Of a stretch of DNA of 64,000 nucleotides, positions 18,988 to 28,004 are shown piece by piece. Under the pieces are notes generated by a model, which did not search any database, had not been told where the DNA came from, and was given only the letters and a program-made list of their open reading frames with translations. Source of the DNA: an uncultured cyanobacterium. GTDB taxonomy: Bacteria > Cyanobacteriota > Cyanobacteriia > Pseudanabaenales > Pseudanabaenaceae. The stretch covers positions 832,001-896,000 of the forward strand of contig OY969811.1 of NCBI GenBank assembly GCA_963703315.1. The letters run 5' to 3'. Numbering within the stretch: the stretch's first letter is position 1; every line of letters begins with the position of its first letter. The position numbers were made by a program, and so were the translations under genes.

Positions 18988-19688
18988 AATATATTAAGAA
19001 GAAAAAGGAGCCTAAATCATTAACTGATCAACGTAATACTGAAGGCTCTATCTACGAGTGCGCTCAGCTTGATTGGCAAAAACAATTACTTAATGAACAG
19101 GGTTATCTTTGCGCTTACTGCATGAGACCCATTAGTTTAGATCGTAAAAATGAAAAGCCATGCATGGAAATTGAGCATTACCTATCCAGATATTTATGTA
19201 AACAAAGAAAGCTTGATTTAGGATTGCGGTGGCAAAATATGCTAGGTGTTTGCAATGGAATATCTGGCTCAGAATTCCATTGTGATAAGACCAAAGGAAA
19301 TAAAGGTAAAGCTAATGGAAAAGCTGAACTTAATATACTAAATCCTCTAAATGTTCAAACATCAGAAGAAATAATTACCTATACGCCACTAGGACAAATA
19401 ATACCAAACACACACAATACAGCTTTGAAAGAAAAAATAATTGAGGATTTAAATAGCATACTTAATCTAAATAATGAAAATCTAAGACTAGCTCGAAAAG
19501 ATGCAATGGATAGAGCTAAAGAATTTTTAATAAAAAATAATCCGATTGGCACTTGGGGAGTTAAAGAAATTGATAAGGAAATTGTTAATTGGAAAAGTAA
19601 AACAAAAGATGGTAGATATAGGGCATATTGTCAAGCTGCTATTTGGTTCTTAGAGTATCTCAAATCTAAGCCTATTCATAAATCATAA
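18984..19688 (+). CDS. HNH endonuclease, PtuB/TIGR02646-like
   Basis: EQGYLCAYC..IEHY..WQNMLGVC..HCD..KG; ATGA overlap with the ATPase. Confidence 0.8.
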   Translation: MKYIKKKKEPKSLTDQRNTEGSIYECAQLDWQKQLLNEQGYLCAYCMRPISLDRKNEKPCMEIEHYLSRYLCKQRKLDLGLRWQNMLGVCNGISGSEFHCDKTKGNKGKANGKAELNILNPLNVQTSEEIITYTPLGQIIPNTHNTALKEKIIEDLNSILNLNNENLRLARKDAMDRAKEFLIKNNPIGTWGVKEIDKEIVNWKSKTKDGRYRAYCQAAIWFLEYLKSKPIHKS

Positions 19689-19808
19689 ATTTATCATTTT
19701 CTGTAAGTCTCAAAATTAGGTAATATAGCCAAATAGATTTGAGGATATAAGGATAAAACCTTAATCATATCCATTCAAAATAGTAGATACGTCTGGAGAG
19801 GAGATCCC

Positions 19809-20540
19809 TTGCGTCAGTTTAGTGTGCTTAGTCTGCCCGTACATATTCATGAAAGTTACCGTGATTGGTTAGCTCAGCGATTGCAAAACCATCAAGGTAC
19901 TCATGTGGTCACCATTAATGCGGAAATGACAATGCAGGCTCGCCAAAATCCTGAGTTGGCAAATGTGATTCAGCAAGCTGAGCTAGTTGTGCCAGATGGT
20001 TCGGGGATAGTACTGTATCTGCGATCGCAAGGTCAAAAAATTAATCGATGTCCGGGAATTGAGCTATCTGAGCAGATTGTGCAGATTGCGGCTGAAAAAC
20101 AATGGCGGATCTTTTTGATTGGTGGTGCGCCTAATGTGGTCGATACTGTAGCAGCAAAGTGGCGGCAACAATGGTCAGATATTGCGATCGCAGGAATGCA
20201 TCACGGTTATTTTGATGATGTTATTGAGCAGCAAATCTGCGAACAGTTGCATAGTTCCCAACCCGATCTGATCCTTGTGGGATTGGGAGTGCCACGTCAA
20301 GAGCTATGGATTCAGAAATATCGTCATCTTTGTCCAAATGCCGTGTGGATTGGTGTTGGCGGGAGTTTCGATATTTGGTCTGGACTCAAAACTCGCGCCC
20401 CTGAATGGTTTAGCAATAACAATCTCGAATGGCTATATCGCCTCTATCAAGAGCCTTGGCGTTGGAAGAGAATGCTGTCTTTACCGCATTTTGTCTGGTG
20501 TGTCGCCACAGAGTCTTTATTCAAATCTAGAAAAGCTTAG
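19809..20540 (+). CDS. WecB/TagA/CpsF family glycosyltransferase
   Basis: VVTINAE, VPDGSG, VGLGVPRQE, GVGGSFD, EWLYRLYQEPWRW. Confidence 0.92.
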   Translation: MRQFSVLSLPVHIHESYRDWLAQRLQNHQGTHVVTINAEMTMQARQNPELANVIQQAELVVPDGSGIVLYLRSQGQKINRCPGIELSEQIVQIAAEKQWRIFLIGGAPNVVDTVAAKWRQQWSDIAIAGMHHGYFDDVIEQQICEQLHSSQPDLILVGLGVPRQELWIQKYRHLCPNAVWIGVGGSFDIWSGLKTRAPEWFSNNNLEWLYRLYQEPWRWKRMLSLPHFVWCVATESLFKSRKA

Positions 20541-20554
20541 AACCGTGATTTGCC

Positions 20555-20989
20555 ATGAAATATCATCACACTTCCATTAAGACTGCGGATATTTTTCAGG
20601 CGATCGCCTTTTATGAAGCATTAGGTTTTGAGATAACAGAACGCTTCACGGCGGGAATCACTCTTGCTTGCTGGATGCATGGTGCGGGGACTAATCTAGA
20701 ACTGATGCAAGTCCCTGAACCTAAAAATATTCCTAATCCCTTTAGTGATGAGCATTATGTCGGCTATTATCACCTGTCATTTCATGTAGAAAATCTAGAA
20801 TCCTTTTTGCAAAACTTGGTGAATAAATTAGGTAAGGTCAAGCTGATATTACCGCCGCGAGAACAGACTATTGGCGATCGCACTTACCAAGTTGCTTTTA
20901 TTGCCGATCCTGATGGACTACCAATTGAGCTAATGGCAAAGCTTGCTGACAGTAATCTCCAATCAAACGAACCACAAGAATATTTGTAA
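20555..20989 (+). CDS. VOC/glyoxalase family protein
   Basis: HHTSIKT..AFYEALGF, YYHLSFHV, FIADPDGLPIEL. Confidence 0.9.
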   Translation: MKYHHTSIKTADIFQAIAFYEALGFEITERFTAGITLACWMHGAGTNLELMQVPEPKNIPNPFSDEHYVGYYHLSFHVENLESFLQNLVNKLGKVKLILPPREQTIGDRTYQVAFIADPDGLPIELMAKLADSNLQSNEPQEYL

Positions 20990-21018
20990 GAGTGTGGCTC
21001 CGCCGCACTCTTACAAAT
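20982..21018. repeat. Triloop hairpin whose arms contain the stop codons of both convergent genes
   Basis: atttgTAAgagtgtggc-tcc-gccgcactcTTAcaaat. Confidence 0.88.
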
Positions 21019-21610
21019 TTACTCGCAAAGCATCGTTAATCAATTGACGAATACTGTCAAAACCACGTTTGAGGCGATCGGGCTGATTGTTATAGAGTCT
21101 AGTAATTAACAGAACTCCCTCTAGCATTGTTAAAATCTGCTCAGCTAGTAAATCTGGATCAATGCGATCGCGTAATTGTCCTTTTCCTTCACGCAACATT
21201 TTGGTAAACAAGTCATGCCATTCGTCAAATATTTGCTGAAGATGCTTGCGAAAAGTCTCGTTATATTCTGCTAAATCAACAATTAAATTGCCAAGTAAAC
21301 ATCCTGCACAATTAATTTCAGCAAGATGTTTTGACTCTATTTTATCAATAGTTAATAAGAGTCTCTGAATTGGATCATCAGTCATCTGAGCAGCAGACAA
21401 GAAAGCACTTTCTTTGATTTTGTGCCATTGGAAGTCGATTAATGCATGGGCAAATTCATCTTTTGATTGAAAATAGTTGTAAAAACTACCCGATGAGGCT
21501 TGAGTAGCTGCGAATAATTCTTTCAAGCCTGTTGACTGCAAACCCTGACGATGTACAAGGTCGAGCGCTGAGGTGAGGATATCTTCACGGGTACGTTTGA
21601 GATTTGCCAT
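21011..21610 (-). CDS. TetR/AcrR family regulator (NemR/YxaF-like)
   Basis: HTH GSFYNYFQSKDE; GCLLGNL motif. Confidence 0.9.
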   Translation of the reverse strand: MANLKRTREDILTSALDLVHRQGLQSTGLKELFAATQASSGSFYNYFQSKDEFAHALIDFQWHKIKESAFLSAAQMTDDPIQRLLLTIDKIESKHLAEINCAGCLLGNLIVDLAEYNETFRKHLQQIFDEWHDLFTKMLREGKGQLRDRIDPDLLAEQILTMLEGVLLITRLYNNQPDRLKRGFDSIRQLINDALRVNL

Positions 21611-21672
21611 ACACTAACTAATTTGAATACTAAGCTCAGAGATTAACACCAATTCTACAAAATATAGCTTTC

Positions 21673-21718
21673 CCAGAAGGCGAGTGGCGGCGTAAAGCGC
21701 CGCCACTCGCCTTCTGGG
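21673..21718. repeat. Hairpin of the GGCGC-AAA-GCGCC type (one core mismatch)
   Basis: cccagaaggcgagtggcggcgt-aaa-gcgccgccactcgccttctggg. Confidence 0.88.
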
Positions 21719-21731
21719 TTTTGACTGGTGA

Positions 21732-21835
21732 TAAGTAGCTAGGCATAAGTAAACTTAAAATTTAGAAGCTTGTACCGCCCGCTACGGGGGCGGTACAAGC
21801 TCTGGTTTTGGGTTTTAACTATGCTGAGCTACTTA
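21732..21835. mobile_element. Small MITE-like element with TAAGTAGCT termini and an internal hairpin
   Basis: taagtagctaggcat ... atgctgagctactta imperfect TIRs; same termini at 26188-26240 and one end at 35977-35993. Confidence 0.7.
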
Positions 21836-21844
21836 GCTATAAAT

Positions 21845-23503
21845 CTAACTCTTTGGCTTGCGTGACGATTTTGGATTTGGGCTATCAACTTTAGGTTTAT
21901 TAAAACCACTACCTGCTTTAGGTGAAGTCTTAGTCTTCTTTGCTTTGGAATTTAAGGATGCTGCTACTTTTGGTTCAGAGTTAGGCTGTGTTTCGACGAT
22001 AGGCTCAGAAATATTCTCGACTACTGGTTCTACTGAGTCTACAGAATTGATTTCGACAATAGGTTCAGGAAGAACTGTGACTAGTGGTTCTACAGGAGTT
22101 TCTAAGACAGGTTCAGGAACTGCTGCTGTCAAATTGCTCACTTCTATTACAGGCTCGGTTTGAAGGCTTGTAACTGTTTCAGTCGAAGTCTCAATAACCT
22201 GTTCAGGGATAACTTCTGGAACTGGCTCAGAAATGTTAGGAGTAACAGTTTCTGAAATGGTTTCTGAATTGTGGACAGTTTCAATCTTAGTTTTGCTTGA
22301 TGTGCGACTTTTACCTGATGCTTTAGGAGTAGAGGCTTTTGGGGATTCACTTTGAGATTTTTTTGCTTTGGCAACTGACACTTCAGGTTCAACTGCTGGA
22401 ACAGGTACAACTTCAGCGATCGCTTCTACAACCTTACTTTGAGATTTTTTTGCTTTGGCAATTGGTGCTTCAGGTTCAACTACTGGAACAGAGACAACTT
22501 CAGCGATCGCTTCTACAACCTTACTTTGAGATTTTTTTGCTTTGGCAATTGGTGCTTCAGGTTCAACTACTGGAACAGAGACAACTTCGGTGATTGCTTC
22601 TACAACCTTTTCTACAGGTTGTTCATTTTTCGGCTTATTAAAACCACTACTGGATTTAGCCGAGGTTTTAGTCTTTTTAGCTTTGGCTGTTGGAACTACG
22701 GTTGTTTTTTGCTCAGTATCAGGTTTTGCGTTGATAATAGGCTCAGCCATAATTTCAACTACTGACTCAACAGTTGAGTCAACAATAGGTTCCACAAGCT
22801 CTGGCTCAGGATGTTTAATACTTTGTTCGGGAGATGTTTCTAAAACAATTGGGGAAATTTCTGTAATTTCTTCAACTTGATCAAGTTGATCAAAATCAGC
22901 GATCGCCCCCTCAACAGTTGAGTCAACAATAGGTTCCACAAGCTCTGGCTCAAGATGTTTAATACCTGGTTCGAGATTTGGTTCGGGATTTGGTTCGGGA
23001 GATGCTTCTGAAACAATTGGGGGAATTTCTGTAACTTCTTCAACTGGATCAACTTGATCAAAATCAGCGATCGCCCCCTCAACAGTTGAGTCAACAATAG
23101 GTTCCACAAGCTCTGGCTCAAGATGTTTAATACTTGTTTCGAGATTGGGTTCGGGATTTGGTTTGGGAGATGCTTCTGAAGCAATGGGGGGAATTTCTGT
23201 AACTTCTTCAAGTTGATCAAAATCAGCGATCGCCCCTATTGATGTGCTTAAGATATTGGTGGGAACTTCTTGATGATGGATTTGAGGAGCTTGCATATCA
23301 AAATCAGCTACCGTTGTGACCTTAACGATCTTGCCCCCAAAACGGTGAATTCTTTGAATAGTCTGCGATAAGCGATCGCGGGGAACTGTCAGCGTATATG
23401 ACCCTTTTCGCCTCACTCCTGTCTGTATTCCCCCTACCACCTCAATAATTATGTGGTTATGGTTGCTGGTATTGACTACAGCATTAATGTTTAAGTTTGT
23501 CAT
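21845..23503 (-). CDS. CpcD/phycobilisome-linker domain protein with long acidic E/P/V/K-rich repetitive tail
   Basis: IIIEVVG..RRKGSYTLTVPRDRLSQTIQRIHRFGGKIVKVT is a CpcD-like motif; the remainder is low complexity; start uncertain (23503, 23527 or 23548). Confidence 0.75.
   Translation of the reverse strand: MTNLNINAVVNTSNHNHIIIEVVGGIQTGVRRKGSYTLTVPRDRLSQTIQRIHRFGGKIVKVTTVADFDMQAPQIHHQEVPTNILSTSIGAIADFDQLEEVTEIPPIASEASPKPNPEPNLETSIKHLEPELVEPIVDSTVEGAIADFDQVDPVEEVTEIPPIVSEASPEPNPEPNLEPGIKHLEPELVEPIVDSTVEGAIADFDQLDQVEEITEISPIVLETSPEQSIKHPEPELVEPIVDSTVESVVEIMAEPIINAKPDTEQKTTVVPTAKAKKTKTSAKSSSGFNKPKNEQPVEKVVEAITEVVSVPVVEPEAPIAKAKKSQSKVVEAIAEVVSVPVVEPEAPIAKAKKSQSKVVEAIAEVVPVPAVEPEVSVAKAKKSQSESPKASTPKASGKSRTSSKTKIETVHNSETISETVTPNISEPVPEVIPEQVIETSTETVTSLQTEPVIEVSNLTAAVPEPVLETPVEPLVTVLPEPIVEINSVDSVEPVVENISEPIVETQPNSEPKVAASLNSKAKKTKTSPKAGSGFNKPKVDSPNPKSSRKPKS
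22351..23236 (-). repeat. Coding tandem repeats: about 3 x 87 bp and about 2.5 x 159-168 bp
   Basis: tttgagatttttttgctttggcaa at 22351, 22438 and 22525; gatcaaaatcagcgatcgcccc at about 22888, 23056 and 23215. Confidence 0.9.
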
Positions 23504-23688
23504 ATTAAAGTTCGTCCTAGTGATCATATTTCTACGACCACACATCAAGATATTTTTATAAGTAATTTAGTATTATTACAATTAATGCTGGGGCTTCTTA
23601 TTGTTGCAGACAACTCGAAGTCTCCAATATTAGTATTAATTTATATGTAATTGCTAAGTAAAAGTATCTTTTAAAACAAATTTTTATA

Positions 23689-23771
23689 TATAGCGTTTCA
23701 TAGCCTAGATTATTTCCCCGCCTTCGGCGGGGAAATAATCCTCTGTACCTCGCTTGCTTGAAAAGCGCTTT
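23689..23771. repeat. Hairpin-containing short element with TATAGCG-type ends
   Basis: gattatttccccgcc-ttc-ggcggggaaataatc (23708-23740) flanked by tatagcgtttc.. and ..gaaaagcgcttt; related copy at 28784-28848. Confidence 0.6.
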
Positions 23772-23783
23772 ATAGCGCTAGAT

Positions 23784-25001
23784 TTAATTCTTGATCACTT
23801 GCCATTGGATGACGGGGCGCATTGGCTTCCAGCTTAGAAATGAACCGATCGCTTCAGCACGGCTAATCGAGATTTGCGTAAGCGTGCCGCCATATTTTTG
23901 TTGCCATTGGAATAATTTCTGCTCGCCCTCAAGGGTAACGACATTTGCTATTAAGCGCCCCTGCGATCGCAAATTTTCCCAGCAAGTCTCAAATAAATCA
24001 GGGACAGTCGCACCGCCACCAATAAAAATCGCGTCAGGCGTGGGTAAACCTTGCAGAATTTCAGGAGCTTTGCCTTCGATAATTTTGAGATTAGGAGTAC
24101 CCAGAGCGATCGCATTTTCAGCAATAAAATGGGTACGGGACTTTTCGATAGCGATCGCTTGGCAACGGGGATGACTTCGCATCCATTCGATGCTAATAGA
24201 ACCACAACCCGCCCCAACATCCCAGAGTAATTCACCCGCATTAGGTGCAAGCGTAGATAAGGTAACTGCTCTAACTTCGCGCTTAGTTAATTGTCCATCA
24301 TGGTGAAAAGCATCATCGGGAAGTCCTACCATCCGCGATAGAATTCTAGTTTCAGGATTAGGAATACATTCCACCGCGATCGCATTGAGATCGGCAAATT
24401 CGGGAAGATTCTGATATTGGTTAGCTAAAATGGAAATAATGCGTTCTTTAGTTCCGTTGAGATGTTCTAAGACCGTAATTTTGCTATTACTGAAATGGCG
24501 ATCGCATAACATCTTTGCCACAGTTTGAGGAGTTTCCTTTCCTGAGCTAAGGATTAAAAGTTTCGCGTTGGGATAAATATAAGTTTGCAAAAGCGAAGCT
24601 GGACGACCACATAAGCTCAAAGTTTCTACTTCATTTAGCGACCAACCTAATCGCGCACTAATCAAGCTAAAAGTAGAAAGTGAAGGAATAATTGCAATTT
24701 CTTCAATGGGAATTCTTTTTAACAAAGTTGTGCCAATTCCAAACCAAAGAGGATCACCACTAGCTAAGACACATACAGATTTACCGCGTAAATTAATAAT
24801 TTGCTGAATAGTTGACTCTATAGGCGATGCCCAAACAATGCGCGATCGCTGATCATCCTGCATCTCAGGCAACATCGCTAAATGGCGATCGCCACCTACT
24901 AATATTTCGGCAGTATCAATTAGCGATCGGGCGGCTGAGCCTAGTCCTGATACACCATCTTCACCAATACCAATTACTGTAAGCCATTTTTTATAAGTCA
25001 T
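23784..25001 (-). CDS. cbiE: Bifunctional precorrin-6Y C5,15-methyltransferase CbiET/CobL
   Basis: VIGIGEDG, LASGDPLWFGIG, GLPDDAFHHDGQLTKREVR, WDVGAGCGS. Confidence 0.92.
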   Translation of the reverse strand: MTYKKWLTVIGIGEDGVSGLGSAARSLIDTAEILVGGDRHLAMLPEMQDDQRSRIVWASPIESTIQQIINLRGKSVCVLASGDPLWFGIGTTLLKRIPIEEIAIIPSLSTFSLISARLGWSLNEVETLSLCGRPASLLQTYIYPNAKLLILSSGKETPQTVAKMLCDRHFSNSKITVLEHLNGTKERIISILANQYQNLPEFADLNAIAVECIPNPETRILSRMVGLPDDAFHHDGQLTKREVRAVTLSTLAPNAGELLWDVGAGCGSISIEWMRSHPRCQAIAIEKSRTHFIAENAIALGTPNLKIIEGKAPEILQGLPTPDAIFIGGGATVPDLFETCWENLRSQGRLIANVVTLEGEQKLFQWQQKYGGTLTQISISRAEAIGSFLSWKPMRPVIQWQVIKN

Positions 25002-25006
25002 GGGAA

Positions 25007-25819
25007 TTACATTTCATCAGGATTAATTCCCATCGATCTAAGCTTCTCAACAAGACGTTGAGCCTTTTGTTCAGCTTGAAATCGAGCTTCCTCAGCCTGT
25101 TGTTTGGCAAGTCTTTCTTGATTAGCAATTAGCCTTTCTTGATTGGCGATTAGCCTTTCTTGATTAGCGATCACCTCAGCATTAGCCACTTTTTCGTTAG
25201 CGGTCAGATAGCGATTTCCTGAAGCATTATACCAATAGAGCCATTCTCGATACCAAGCGATATGCTCTCCCTTTTCATAGCCAAGCGCTAATCCAATTTC
25301 TGGCAACCAAACTTGATGATTCTCCATTGGCAAAAGCTCGTATTTACCTGCAATTAGTCGATAAACTTCCAATCGCTGTCTATGCTTAAACCGACCTCGG
25401 CGACCGCTAAAAGGGTTGTAAATTGCATAATATAAAATGCCTAATGCTTGATAATCGGCTAACTTGTCTTCATATTCGCTGTTATACCTTTCAGAGACAA
25501 CTTCTAGAGACAGAATCGGCATAATATTATCTTCAGCCCACAGCACGTAACTCAAGCGTCCTCGTTCGCCTGTATCATGCTTGACTCCGATCGCTAAAAA
25601 GCCATCAGGGACGATCGCTGGTTCGTCTGGATTGTAATAAACCGCCATATCCACACCGAAGTACCAATCATCACGATTTGCCCAAATATCAGCTAACAAA
25701 CTCAGCAGGAGATTGGGAATGTCGTTCTGTAATTGGTTATCCACTGGTGTTTCGTCTGAGGATGGCAATTCTTCGGCGGTGGGAAGAATGCGGTTTTTGC
25801 TGTAGGTGAGGTTGACCAT
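25007..25819 (-). CDS. Uma2 (DUF820) family endonuclease
   Basis: LPTAEELPSSDETPVDNQLQ, VPDGFLA, LEVVS; 21-bp repeats encoding LIANQER. Confidence 0.9.
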   Translation of the reverse strand: MVNLTYSKNRILPTAEELPSSDETPVDNQLQNDIPNLLLSLLADIWANRDDWYFGVDMAVYYNPDEPAIVPDGFLAIGVKHDTGERGRLSYVLWAEDNIMPILSLEVVSERYNSEYEDKLADYQALGILYYAIYNPFSGRRGRFKHRQRLEVYRLIAGKYELLPMENHQVWLPEIGLALGYEKGEHIAWYREWLYWYNASGNRYLTANEKVANAEVIANQERLIANQERLIANQERLAKQQAEEARFQAEQKAQRLVEKLRSMGINPDEM

Positions 25820-25947
25820 AGCTTATTCAAGCGAGGTGTTGAATGTTCATGATTATAGCAAACCTGATTATCGTGGCATTAGATAGGATTGATGGTGGGA
25901 AGAACTAGGCGATCGCTTTTTGGATTTTTAGTTGGGGGCATAACTCT

Positions 25948-26104
25948 TTTTTGTGGTGCGGCTTTGCTGCACCACAAAAAATCGCTTCTTTATTAGATCG
26001 CAGTCAGATAACAGAACTCTATATCAAAGCAAGAGTTGGTTAGTACAAACTGCAAACCCAGAAGAGAGTTGCGGCGCTCCGCGCCGCAACTCTCTTCTGG
26101 GTTT
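25948..26104. repeat. Two triloop hairpins
   Basis: ttttgtggtgcggc-ttt-gctgcaccacaaaa (about 25948-25980) and aaacccagaagagagttgcggcgc-tcc-gcgccgcaactctcttctgggttt (26054-26104). Confidence 0.88.
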
Positions 26105-26187
26105 GAGTCCTAAGCAAAACTTTTTTTGCTATAAGTTGAAGCCAAAAGTACTATATGAATTCAAGTGATTAGAGTAGTATTGTTTGA

Positions 26188-26240
26188 TAAGTAGCTAGGT
26201 ATAAATAAACTTCTAGGTTTAGGCTATGCTGAGCTACTTA
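26188..26240. mobile_element. 'Empty' copy of the TAAGTAGCT-ended element (no central hairpin)
   Basis: taagtagctaggtataaataaactt-ctaggtttagg-ctatgctgagctactta. Confidence 0.65.
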
Positions 26241-26274
26241 ATAACGAATCCTACACCTAAAAATAATATTAAAT

Positions 26275-26814
26275 ATGCTTAAACACTTTGCTGGTCGTTT
26301 GTTACTCGCTGTATCTATTACATTGGCAGTAGCTTCATGTCAGCAGCCTAGTGCTACAACATCTCCCTCGCCGTCAGTTGCAGCTTCAGCCTCTCCTACC
26401 AAAGCAGCCAGTCCTTCTGAATCCCCCAAAGCTTCAGCTTCTCCTACAGCCTCTGAATCTCCTAAAGCAGACGCATCCCCTAAAGCAGATACTTCAACCA
26501 AATCAGATACTGCTCCTTCTTCAGATAAAACTAAAGACATTGATGCCATGATCAAGTCCAATGGTGAGTACAAAGAAATGTATGAAGCCACTAATGGTAT
26601 CAAGTATATTGGTTTAGTTGAGACTGAAACTTGTAAAGCTCTAGATTCGGGAGTTCCTTTCCAGACCCTCATTGATGCCCTCGAAAAGGAATTTGACAAG
26701 CAAGGTGGTTCTATGCCTGCGGACAAACTTACTAAGTTGAAAGAATATACAGGTTTTGTCGTTGGTGCTAGTGTCGTAATCTCTTGTCCTCAACACAAAG
26801 ATAAGATTAAATAA
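26275..26814 (+). CDS. Putative lipoprotein with S/P/A/T-rich linker and small Cys-pair C-domain
   Basis: Lipobox VAS-C, ASP repeats, C-terminal CKALDSG...SCPQH. Confidence 0.7.
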   Translation: MLKHFAGRLLLAVSITLAVASCQQPSATTSPSPSVAASASPTKAASPSESPKASASPTASESPKADASPKADTSTKSDTAPSSDKTKDIDAMIKSNGEYKEMYEATNGIKYIGLVETETCKALDSGVPFQTLIDALEKEFDKQGGSMPADKLTKLKEYTGFVVGASVVISCPQHKDKIK

Positions 26815-26828
26815 TCATCTCAGCAAAG

Positions 26829-26903
26829 CACCAAAAGAAAGACAGCACAAAGTGCTGTCTTTCTTTTGGTGTGAGAATGCGCTCCTTCTGAGCGCACTCT
26901 CAC
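26829..26903. repeat. Two adjacent hairpins
   Basis: caccaaaagaaagacagcac-aaa-gtgctgtctttcttttggtg, then tgagaatgcgctc..gagcgcactctca. Confidence 0.85.
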
Positions 26904-26923
26904 AAACTATCTAGGATTAGTAT

Positions 26924-27958
26924 ATGAAATCTGGTTATACTCTGCCTGTATTTGCGATCGCTGCTGCTAAAGCCGCAATACTTGCGATACTCAAAAAAGA
27001 ATCATCTTCTATAGAACTAAATTTATTAGAATCTGGTTTGGGGATCATAGAAATTTCCCAAAGCGCGATTATTGATGAGAATACTGCCCTTGCGATCGCC
27101 ATTAGTGATCCAGGAGATAATCTTGACCTAACTTCTGGAACCCCTGTCTGGGCATGGGTAAAATTGGAACCTTTAGGCACAGAATCTATAATTTTAGAGG
27201 CAGGGGAAGGACTAGGGAGAAATGCTAATGGTGAACCAGCTATCTATCAATTAGCGCGAGATTTAGCAGAGGTAAATCTTATCCTATTACTACCAAAAGA
27301 TATGACAGCGAGAATTAGATTTATTCTGCCCGAAGGTAGAGCATTGGCTAAACGCACTTCTAATGCTGCTTTCGGGATTTTAGAAGGTCTGTCATTACTA
27401 GGTACTTCGGCAATATCAAAACCTCTCTCCGTAGAAGATAAACTCGAAGAATTTCGTGCAGACTTACAGGCTAAAGCCGCAAATTCTCATGAGCTTGCTT
27501 TTTATATCGGTGCAAATGGTTATCAGGTCGCTCAAAATCTGGGATTCCAACCTGCTCAATTAGTCCAGACTGCTAATTGGGTTGGCGCAATGTTAGTAGA
27601 AGCAGCACTCTTAGGAGTAACTGACCTTACTCTAGTCGGCTATCATGGCAAGTTGTTAAAGCTAGCAGGTGGAATTTTTAATACTTCTAGTCACTTAGCT
27701 GATGCCCGAATTGATATTTTAGTTAGAGCGGCAGTGCATGAGAAGTTACCATCTGCCCTAATTCAAGAAATAGAAAGTCTACCCACTGCCGAAGCTGTCC
27801 ATAAATTATTGGTGCAGCATAACTGCGATCGCCAGATTTTCCAATATCTCACCGATCAAATTACGCAACGCGCTACAGCCTATATTCAGAAATATACTGA
27901 TCGCCAGATTGAGATTAAAACAATTTTGTGCGATCGCTTAGGGCAGTTAGTTGTTTAA
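26924..27958 (+). CDS. cbiD: Cobalt-precorrin-5B C1-methyltransferase
   Basis: KSGYTLPVFA, SDPGDNLDLT, RTSNAAFGILEGLSLLGT, GYHGKLLKLAGGIF. Confidence 0.95.
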   Translation: MKSGYTLPVFAIAAAKAAILAILKKESSSIELNLLESGLGIIEISQSAIIDENTALAIAISDPGDNLDLTSGTPVWAWVKLEPLGTESIILEAGEGLGRNANGEPAIYQLARDLAEVNLILLLPKDMTARIRFILPEGRALAKRTSNAAFGILEGLSLLGTSAISKPLSVEDKLEEFRADLQAKAANSHELAFYIGANGYQVAQNLGFQPAQLVQTANWVGAMLVEAALLGVTDLTLVGYHGKLLKLAGGIFNTSSHLADARIDILVRAAVHEKLPSALIQEIESLPTAEAVHKLLVQHNCDRQIFQYLTDQITQRATAYIQKYTDRQIEIKTILCDRLGQLVV

Positions 27959-28004
27959 GATTAAAGACAGAGCAAAGTGCTGTTTTTAATCTTAGAGTTT
28001 TGTA

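Noticed and set aside
17557..19808. Retron associated with the PtuAB-like pair
   Set aside because: No reverse transcriptase; flanking gaps are only ~90-120 bp with no evident msr-msd inverted repeats
25953..26168. Small ORFs spanning hairpins (also 244-672, 10104-10427, 30679-31075, 32256-32441)
   Set aside because: They are read-throughs of palindromic repeats or antisense shadows of real genes
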